A stretch of DNA of 64,000 nucleotides from Octopus bimaculoides (taxonomy: Eukaryota): contig NC_068989.1 of NCBI RefSeq assembly GCF_001194135.2, positions 69,867,073 to 69,931,072 on the forward strand. The letters run 5' to 3'. A model generated the notes under the pieces. That model was not told the DNA's origin. It ran no database searches and saw only the letters and a program-made list of their open reading frames with translations. This document shows positions 53,266 through 62,878 of the stretch, one piece after another. Within the stretch, counting starts at the first letter, position 1. Every line of letters starts with the position of its first letter. The translations under genes and the position numbers were made by a program.

Positions 53266-54439
53266 TATGGTTTTTATTAGCTTCCTAGGGGTGTGATATG
53301 AAATTGACCTCAGAAAGGTGTGAATTCCATCAGTCTTTATCTATCATGCCAAACATATTCTACACAGTGGTCAATAATTCATTCTAAGTCAGGTATAAGG
53401 TGAGCAGTTTCAAGGAGATTAGATTAGTCTTAGTCACTTATATTAACCATTGTACATGACTGCTACTTTATTTTATTGACTCATGAGGAGTCGATAAAAT
53501 TTTGCCATTCTCTGGAGAAAGGCAGAGTTGACTCCAGCATGATTTGAACTCAGAGTGTAGAGCTGAAACAAATAAAAAGCATTTTATCTGATCCAGGAAG
53601 AGTTAATAAATGTTGCCTTTGGTGGTGTTTGAACTCATAATGTAAAGCGCTGGAATAAATGCTACAAAGCATTTTATCCATTCCTGTAACAATTCTGCCA
53701 ATGCACTACAATTGCACATTGAAGTGTTGAGTAGGAACAGAGAAAACTTTTGAATGTTTCTTTGCTAAATATTTTAAAGAAATTCTTTCTTAATTTTATG
53801 TGGATGCTAAATATGGTCAAGAAATCTGTTTCCCTACTATGTGGTTTCTGGTTCTGTCCCACTTTATGGCATCTTGGGAAGTGTCTTCTACTATAACTCC
53901 AAGCTGATTTGATAGATGGAAATTGAGAGAAGCCCACCATGTATGTGTGTTTGTCTTTGTTTTGGCATTACATGATAGTTGTAAATGAGTCTCACTGTCA
54001 TACAAGCAGTGTCATTCATTTCGAATCTTCCGCATAAACATGTTCTACCATGGAGAAACAGTGAAAGTTAATTCCTCAATATTTGGTTCAAGAGATAACA
54101 ACTAAATGTCAAACATGTTTTGTTTTCTTTTTATTTCCTTTTTAAGGGCTTTCTTGCATAATAGATCTGACATTTCCGTATATCATGGAATTTTTACAAT
54201 ACTTAGGCTTTTTATTATGTTTATGTTAATCATGGGTAGAATTTTTTTTATTATTTGTTTTTAAAGAGACTATACTTGAGAAAAATCTCAATTTTAAATT
54301 TCAATTTTGTATTTTATAGTCTAGATATTCTTTGCTTTTTTGATGGCTTTCTTTTTTCTTTTTTAATATTTATTCCTCATGCAACTATACTAAATGAAAT
54401 CTCCATTATAAATTTCAGTTCTGTATTCATGTGCTTTAA

Positions 54440-54771
54440 CCCTTTTCTTACCATATTTTTGTTGAAATAGACTGCCTTTGTTTCAATTAATTTTGAAAAT
54501 AGTGAAAAATTTAGTAAAAATGACTTAGTCATTTTGTTTTGAAGTAATCATACATTATCTCAAAGCTTTGAGATTTTGATAATGTAACGGTTTGTTTTTA
54601 GATTGACATTGTAGGGTAGATGTGTGAGACTGCATCTGGCTAGTTTTAATTTAAAACAAGTAAAATATTTGGGCTGAATATGGCCAGTTTAAATACTGAA
54701 GGATTGAAGATTAAACATGAAGTGTGTCTCATAGAACAGGACCAGTCTTAGACAGTTTGGTATCAAAAGGG
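54440..54771. mobile_element. MITE family B containing most of a family A MITE; ends ~65 nt before the exon 7 acceptor
   Basis: ttaa|cccttttcttacc ... ggtatcaaaaggg|ttaa; internal gacattgtagggtagatgtgtgag...ggccagtttaaat is family A sequence. Confidence 0.75.
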
Positions 54772-54836
54772 TTAAATATTCTGTTTTATTGATTACTTTA
54801 TTCTAGTTTATTTTTAATACTTTCTTTTAACAACAG

Positions 54837-54961
54837 CTGTGATAAGCTACCCTAGCAAAGATTCTGGAGCTAGTGCACCTGATCAGCTTAGTCTCACCTT
54901 GACATGGGATCGTGTAGATATTGCCAGGAGCCATATTTTTGTTTATGGTCAGAACTGGCCG
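54837..54961 (+). CDS. TRPM: TRPM exon 7 of window ([42 protein letters not shown])
   Basis: Acceptor caacag ending at 54836 (in-frame alternative AAG ending at 54860); donor CCG|gtgagt at 54962; 125 nt, phase 1 to 0. [31 protein letters not shown] motif. The exact 5' boundary is less certain than the 3' boundary. Confidence 0.92.
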
Positions 54962-56449
54962 GTGAGTAACTGTAATCATTTATCTATTTTGTTTTCTTTA
55001 TTCTCTGTGTATGTGCTTTTGTGTGTATCATATATTACTTTCAGAGCAAGCTACAGAGTAAATTACTTGCTTAACAAGTCAATTAATCTGGAATCAAGTA
55101 TTGAAACAAAGAAATACATCATGGAGGAGTCACAATGTTAACTCTGCTGTTATATTCACATTAGTCATTATTTTTATGTACATTTTTTTGTGCTAGCATG
55201 GGTTAGATGAAATATATTATTGTGGCATTGCTTGGATGTAGAAGTGAATGATATGAATGGTGAATAAGGGTGAAGGTGTGGTCAGTGGTAAATGCTTGGT
55301 AGGTGGGGGTTGGAGGTGAAAGAAACAGGAAAGACAAGGTGATAAGTGACAGTGTAGAAAGGGTGGAGAGCAGCAATATTATTTAGGCATTGTTTACAGA
55401 TAGACTTGAATGTAGTGAGTGGTGTACAAGGGTGGCGGCATGATCAATGGTAAAAATGAGGGAGATTTTTGTTTTTGGTGGTGGTGGTGGTGGTGGTGGT
55501 GGTGGTTGTGGTGTAAGTGTGCAAGTAATAGGAGTGGTTCAGGAATGAGGGAATGACAACTGGCTGTGCAATATAGATGGTAGAGAGCATATGTATTGTG
55601 TATGTATACGCGCGCGCACACACACACATATATAATAAAAACAGCGAAGGGGTTATCTGGTGCGGTACTGCTACAATTGTTTTTGTTATGGCTTTTGTTG
55701 TAATGTATACTGATGATCTGTTGATCAATGAATATTGCTTATTTGGTAAGCCTGATGAGTTGAGAGTTGCATAACATATTGCATAACTTTAGAGATGTTG
55801 TGCATACTACACATCTGTCTTTACCATGTTTTTGTCACAATAAAAATTCTTGATGAATCAATTGTAGCAGTACCAGATATCTTGTTTGTCTATCTTAATT
55901 ATGTTTTGTGACACACTTAAAGTTCCATTCATCTTAGGATACTTTTGGATACTGTTACAGTTGTGAACTCTGAAACTAGTGAACCTCCCTTCATTAGTGC
56001 ATTATATTCTATGATGCTGAATTACTTAACTGTCTGATTTACCTCATTCTTTCTAGCCAGTAAATGTGGCATGCTTCATTTCGATATACTTCAATCCTTT
56101 GTTGATCCTATTTAATCAAATATATGCACAAAGGTATGTTTATAATGTTTATAGACAACACATGTATATAGTATATATACATATGTATTTATCTATGCAA
56201 TATATATGCACACATGCAGGCACACACACACACACAGTACATAAGATTCAGCTGATAAATGCAACCCACTGATCATATGATGCACTCCAGTATCCATTAA
56301 TCTGTGTATTTGGCCAAGATGGATATCACTTTGGTATTAAAAAAAAAAAACGGATACTTAATTTCTTTCAACATATGTGATAGAATTTATCTCACTTCAT
56401 AAAAGTGTTTTTTTTTTTTTTTTTTGTATTGTATTATGAATTCAGAATT

Positions 56450-56595
56450 GATTTCCCAATTGAAGAATAAATTGTACCCCAATTGAAGAATAAATTGAAT
56501 TTAGAATAACAAATTTCTATACAAGATATTTTGCTTTTTTCTTCCAATATATAATGAACAATTTCTTCCATGGCAACGCCGGGTGCCTCTGCTAG
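56450..56595 (+). mobile_element. Second Helitron 3' end
   Basis: ccatggcaacgccgggtgcctctgCTAG|T is nearly identical to the 48375-48402 end; 23-bp tandem ccaattgaagaataaattg upstream; 5' end not located. Confidence 0.65.
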
Positions 56596-56937
56596 TATGT
56601 ATATATAATAACCATTTTAATGTTCATTTTTCTGTGCTTTCATGTGTAAGATGGAATTTGTTGTGGTAGATTTTCTGCTGCTGTTGGATGCTCCTCCTGT
56701 TGCCAATCCTCACCTGTTTCCAAGACTGGAAAAAAACAGTATAACTTGTATGACTGATGCTCATTTACAGTTATCACATGATGATACTAGGATACAAACA
56801 CATACACATACAACAGGCTTCTTTCAGTGTCTGTCTTGCAAATCCCCTAACAAGCCTTTGGTCAACCCAAGGTTATAATAGAAGACACTTACCTAAGGAA
56901 TATAATGTATATATAAATACAATGTGTGTGTGTATAA

Positions 56938-56984
<47 letters not shown>

Positions 56985-59069
56985 ATATAATTTTATAAAT
57001 ATGATTATAAAATTATAATAAAGCCAACTATCAAGTAATGCCACATGCTAGAAGAAGATGCCAAATGGCTCTAAACTACTTCATTTATCACATAGACACA
57101 TGCTGAAAGCAAGGGAATGAACAAAAAAGATTTTTTGAAAAAGTTTAGCCATAGATCGATTTCTGGTTTAGCGATGTAATACATCTTTACCGTCCTCAGT
57201 GTGACATAACCAAATGTACATAATTATAAATATCTGTACATATGAACACAACATATCCACAATGCTTATACAAATGTTCATACTTATATTACAAGTTAAA
57301 AATCTAGTTTGTTCATCTCAGCCATGTGTGAAGAACCAAAATAATTCAGCAGTGAATAAATTTGATTTAAGTGAATACATATTTATCAACACACACACAC
57401 ACACACACACACAATATAAAGATATGAGCTACTAATAGTTTCTTGTTTTGAAGACATGAGTCTAGGCAGGTTTTTATAACATGCTTTGTGTCTCCAAACA
57501 ATTTTTATAACACATTAAATGATATTTATCTCTCACTTGATGGAGTACATATTTTGTCGATCTTACCTTAACAGAACAATAAGCTATACACATATACACA
57601 CATAATATGACTCCATGAAGACGATCTACTCAATAGTCATGGATGTTATGGACCACACTGTAACCATCCCAGGAATACGAACTGTGATTTGTGAAAATGC
57701 ATGTAGCAATGTATTAAAATATTTATAAATTCCATCCAAGGATTATTGTTATTATTACTATATTTATCCTACATTATATTGGTACAGCTCAGTGCAACCC
57801 CAAAAATCTGGTTTACCTGTCAGCATCATTACACTGTGATGGGCATAATGGAATAGGAGCATTATTTGCATATTCAAAACATTTCCCACAAACAAATTTA
57901 AAAGACACACACACACACACAAGAATTTGTAAACTTCAAGAGAAAATTTCTTTTTTGGAACAGTGAATCTCAAAGCAGATGATAAAGCTATAAATAATAG
58001 CATGTAAATATTGGGTTAAAAAACCTCTTTGGATACAAAAGTTGAAGCCCTACAGGCGACCTTCGATGTATTCTATCAGAAGGTTCTTTTTTAACCTATT
58101 AATTATACACTATTGAAGATTCAATTTTCCAAAAAATAATCTATGTCCGTCTGTCCACTTTAGAATAAATTTCATTTATTTTTGAAGCTAATTCATTTCA
58201 TTGATTTATAAGTAGTTCGAGAAATAATCTTATTTATTAATGATTGCAATCTCAGCAATATATCTATGCTCAGTCATATTTGTGTGTATGTTCGTTTGTT
58301 CTTTTCTCTGTTTGTCATGTCTGCTTGCCATTGCTTGTAACCTGCTTTATTCAGCCACATTGATCTCTACGTAACTGTATATCTAGTATATGTGTGTGTA
58401 CAAAATGTACTTTTATTTGACTAGAATATTTGTACCATCTGATATAGGAATACGATAGCATACACACATACACACAATATATAATGTATGTGTGTATGTA
58501 TGTTGCTGGAAGTTGTAATAAATGAGTCATACAGATACTGTTAACCACTTATCAGGAAGATTCGCACCACAAGTGTTGTTAATCTATTATCATTGCTACA
58601 TATATTCACTAGTTACACTATCCACTTAATAATGTTCTTTGGAGTAGAATTTGTACATGTGGAGAAAAGGAGGTATATGTGTACACCTACACACAGACAC
58701 ATTATTCTTTCATATATATTTATAAATGTAAGATCCAAGGATCGAGGTGTAGGAAGAAAGTGAGCCTCAAGCAATCCATAGAAAATATTACAAAAACAAC
58801 TTTCAGGAACAATAATAATGATTAGGGTAGAAGGTTGTGAATTTTGCCCATATCGAAGTACGATAAGGTGAAAAAATGTATTTCACAGTTGGCAGCCAGG
58901 GTTGCCAGGTATGTGAATAAAAACCCAAAAGTTAAAGAATGGGGTAGATAAAGTCTGAGCTACATATGTTTCATAGCAAGTGGTACCTCCAAGTGAGGTG
59001 TATGCCGCAGGCTACTCTTCAGGCCAAGGGTGTGTGTATGTATATATATATATATACATGTGTATGAGT

Positions 59070-59215
59070 GTAGGCGCAGGGTGTGTGGAGAGAAGTTTGC
59101 TTCCTAGCCACATGATTCTTGGTTCAGTCCCATTGTGTGGCATCTGGGCAAGTGTCTTCTACTATAACCTCTGAGTCGATTTAATTGATGGATGGAAACT
59201 GAAAGAAGCCTGTTG

Positions 59216-59253
<38 letters not shown>

Positions 59254-59505
59254 TTAAATAAATAAATAAATATTTATTTATTTATGTGCATGTGTTTGTC
59301 CTCCACCACTGCTTGACAACCAGTGTTGGTTTGTTTACATCCCTGTAACTTAGCAGTTCAGCAAAAGGGACCAATGCAATAATGTACCAGGCTTTAACAA
59401 AAAAAAAAAAGGTTACTAAGGTCAATTCATTTGGCTAAAAATTCTTCGTGGCAGTGCCCCAACATGGCCACAGTCTAATATGACTGAAACAAGCAAAAGA
59501 TATAT
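59070..59505 (+). mobile_element. SINE family 1, tail type A
   Basis: Head gtgtgtggagagaagtttgcttcc...ggttcagtccc, (TA)n, then cttgacaaccagtgttgg...catggccacagtc...gactgaaacaag. Confidence 0.85.
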
Positions 59506-59541
59506 ACAGTTCTATATTTAAGAGATGAGGAATTATGTACA

Positions 59542-59705
59542 TTATTTACATTTGATGGATATTTGTCCTCATCTTGTTTGTTGTTACCCTTCAGCCAGGT
59601 TCGAAATTTCACCAAGACACCTGATGAAGGCTGGAGAGTATATCAGCCGAAACGTTGTGTTAACAACAAACAAAATGACGACAAATATCCGTCAAATGTA
59701 AATAA
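59542..59705. mobile_element. Palindromic Penelope-type element remnant with 45-bp inverted arms
   Basis: 59542-59586 versus the reverse complement of 59661-59705: 42/45 identical; centre GAAATTTC at 59603-59610; antisense homologue at 23947-24011. Confidence 0.8.
59616..59661 (+). ncRNA. Minimal type I hammerhead ribozyme motif, sense to TRPM pre-mRNA
   Basis: gacac-CTGATGA-A-ggctg-(10 nt)-cagcc-GAAAC-GTT-gtgtt: helix I gacac/gtgtt, helix II ggctg/cagcc, loopless palindromic helix III (AACGTT), NUH triplet GUU at 59654-59656. Confidence 0.75.
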
Positions 59706-59956
59706 CGCAAAAGATATATATATATCATTATATTTTCATCTGTATGCATGTATATATGATATCTGTAGATGTGTATTCATTATTTTCTATGAATCTTCCT
59801 TGAGATGTAATTGTTGATTGCTTTTTTTCTTTACAGTGTGTCAGGACAGATATGTCTTTTCTCTATGCAGGACACTAGTTTGCATGATGCTCATGCCTTT
59901 CCCAAAGGTATTAGCAGTGTGACATGAGATAATTGTAACTTATATATGGAGTTAAG

Positions 59957-60210
59957 TGAAGGCGCATGGCCTAGTGATTAGGCTGTTGGACTCATGATCA
60001 CTAGATCATGGTTTCAATTCCCAGACTGGGCAGTGCATTGTGTTCTTAAGTAAAATACTTCGTTTCATGTTGCTTCAGTCCTCCTTTCAATCAGTGGGGA
60101 ATGTCGGCTTGTTTGCCTCGACAGTGGGGTGGCATCATTTGAAGGTTAAAACAATGCTAAAGCGCATTGTGACAAGCAATGTGTAACAGCATCTGACAGT
60201 TTAGTTGGTC
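59957..60210 (+). mobile_element. SINE family 3
   Basis: gtgaaggcgcatggcctagtgattagg...tttcaattccc...tgtgttcttaagtaaaatact; homologue at 25090-25300. Confidence 0.72.
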
Positions 60211-60275
60211 ACTTGATTTGGAGTTAAGAACTTATTTCTACTTATAATTCTCGATGTGTGTGTGCATACATGTGT

Positions 60276-60313
<38 letters not shown>

Positions 60314-60679
60314 ATAGATGTGTGTTTGTGTGTGTATAATATATATCAATGAATGACAAAAGAATAGGAGTCATGTAATCTTATTCATTAGCTTACAGCT
60401 GTTTCTGCTATACAAAGCTACTTAAATGATTCTGAGGAAGCTATAAGATGTTGTGCAAGCACTCAACTCTTACTTATAGCAGAAATGATTGTAAGCTAAC
60501 AAAAATGATTATGTAACTCCCTTTTGTGTGTTGTTGTCATTCATTTATTGCTATTAGGCTTTTTACTTATCTGACACTTTGCTTTGAAGCATGGGTATAT
60601 TGAGTTTAACAAGTGATTATTAGTATTGTTACACCTAAACCTAATCATATATATATAGGCACAGGTGTGGCTATATAGG

Positions 60680-60940
60680 TGTAGGTGTGGCTGTGTGGTA
60701 AAAAGTTTGCTTCCCAACCACATGATTCTGGATTCAGTCCCACTGAGTGGCACCTTAGGCAAGTGTCTTCTTGGGCTGACCAAAACCTTGTGAGTTGATT
60801 TGGTTGACTGAACCTGAAAGAAGCCCATTGTTTGTCCTCCACCACCACTTGACAGCCTGTGCTGGTGTGTTACAGCCCCGTAACTTAGCGGTTTGTTATA
60901 AGAGACTGACAGAATAACTGCCAGGTTTTAAAAAAAGTAC
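60680..60940 (+). mobile_element. SINE family 1, tail type A (truncated)
   Basis: gtggctgtgtggtaaaaagtttgcttcccaaccacatg...gtaacttagcgg. Confidence 0.82.
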
Positions 60941-61029
60941 TGTGGTTGCATAACCAGCCCATTTAAAAGTACCCTTCAATCGTTGGGCAATATGTTGTGC
61001 TTGAGACGACCTGTTGAGTCAAGTCAAAT

Positions 61030-61275
61030 AGTAGTTGTGGCTGATGCCAATGCTGCTGGTGGCACGTAAAAAGCATCATTCAAGCATGGTCAATGCTGGT
61101 GGCATGTAAAAAGCACCCACTACACTCTCAGTGGTTGGCATTAGGAAGTGCATCCAGCTGTAGAAATCTTGCCAGATCAGATTGGAGCCTGGTGCAGCCT
61201 CCTGGCTTTCCATTCCTCAGCCAAACCGTCCACCCCATGCCAGCATGGAAAGCGGATGTTAAGTGATGATGATAC
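61030..61275 (+). mobile_element. RTE-like tail element copy
   Basis: ggtggcacgtaaaaagca tandems ... ccatgccagcatggaaagcggatgttaagtgatgatgat. Confidence 0.8.
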
Positions 61276-61399
61276 ATATATGGTGCCCCAGCATAGCCAC
61301 AGCCTCAAGGTTGAAACATATAAAAGGTAATATTGCTTAGGTACAGTGATACTAATAAACTGGTGTTAGAACTAAATATACATTGGGGCATGGTTGCTT

Positions 61400-62150
61400 G
61401 GTTGATAAACTTGCTTCGGAAACACATAGCATTTTAGTCAAGTGTCTCCTAATATAACCCTGGACCAACTATAGCCTTGAGTGGATTCGTAGACTAAAAC
61501 TGAAAGAAGCTTTTATGTGTATTTGTGTTGGTGTGTACCCTTGTCTCAGCAGCATGTGATGCCTTTAAATGAGCATCACCAGCATACAAGCTATGATATT
61601 CATTTTCAGTTTTCTATGGCTAACATGTCTGGTCATGGGAAAATATTACCTTGCTTGGAAACAGGTGAGGGTTGGCAACAGGAAGGGCATCCAGCCATAA
61701 AAATGTTGCCTCAACAATTTCTGTCTGACTCATACAAGCGTGGAAAAGTAGACGTTAAATCTTTTACTTGTTTCAGTCATTAGACTGTGGCCATACTGGG
61801 GCACCGCTTTGAAGAATTTATAATCAAATGTATCAACCCTGGTACTTTTTTGTTATTTAAGCCTGGTACTTACTTTATCGAACTCTTTTACCGAACCGCT
61901 AAGTTACAGGGACATAAACACACCAACACCAGTTGTCAAGCAGTGGAGTGGTGGGGGGACAGGCACACATATATAGATATATATATAGATATATACATTT
62001 ATACATACGACAGGCTTCTTTCAGTTTCTGTCTACCAAATCCAGTCACAAGGCTTTTGGTCAGCCCAAGACTACCCAAAGTGCCATGCAATGGGACTGAA
62101 CCCAGAATCACATGGTTGGGAAGCAAGCTTCTTGTCACACAGCCACACCT
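61400..62150. mobile_element. Tail-to-tail pair: SINE-1 tail B (+, about 61400-61760) and SINE-1 tail A (-, about 61765-62150)
   Basis: The first ends caagcgtggaaaagtagacgttaaa; it is immediately followed by tcttttacttgtttcagtcattagactgtggcc, the antisense tail A running to cacagccacacc. Confidence 0.8.
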
Positions 62151-62660
62151 GATGATGATTGTTTCATAATCATTGATTACTGATCTCTTATTCAAGACAA
62201 TAATCAATCAATTAGACATTTACCATGTTTCCCTGTGATTCAGAGGTTCACTATGTTTGGTCTTGTACTGCAACTGTTTTCTGTTGTAGTCTTGGGTCAA
62301 CCAAAGCCTTGTGAGTGGAATTTGGTAAATGGAGAAACTGTGTGGAAGCCCTTCCGAAGGACTAGCCCTGTTATTCATCTATTTCCTTGTTTAACATCAT
62401 GTGGCTTTTTGAGTGAATTTAACAGAATGCATTCTGTTGCAAGTATTTGGTTCAAGTGTCTTGTCTGTCAGTCTCAGAGGTTCTAATAAAGGTCATAGGC
62501 ATGGCTATTTGATTGTTTTTTTAAAAAGAAGAAGAAATTATACACAATTTGATACTGATAGTGGTTGCATTTATTTACTAGTGTTACCCATCATTTGATG
62601 GGCAACTTTGGAAGTATGCTGTTACTACTGTGGTTAATATCAAGAAATATGGCGTACATA

Positions 62661-62878
62661 CAAGGGTGCACTGAAAAGTTCTTGGCTTTAAGGATATTCT
62701 GAAAGGCCTGGTTAGAGATCCAACCCTCCAAGTCCTTTTATAGAGTTTTGAAAAACTGAAGGACCACTGCAAAAAGTGTCTGGATCTGAGAGAGGAATAT
62801 GTTGAATAAAATCATAATTAACTGATCCTCCTGTATTTTCTTTTACCCAAAGCCAGGAACTTTTAATCACCCCCGTCA
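62661..62878. mobile_element. Mariner-type MITE, second copy
   Basis: TA|caagggtgcactgaaaagttcttggc ... gccaggaacttttaatcacccccgtca|TA; homologous to 3705-3920. Confidence 0.8.

Noticed and set aside
57047-57080. gctagaagaagatgccaaatggctctaaac, a hammerhead-like hairpin
   Set aside because: Both catalytic boxes are broken (CTAGAAGA, TAAAC) and there is no helix I; too degenerate to call.
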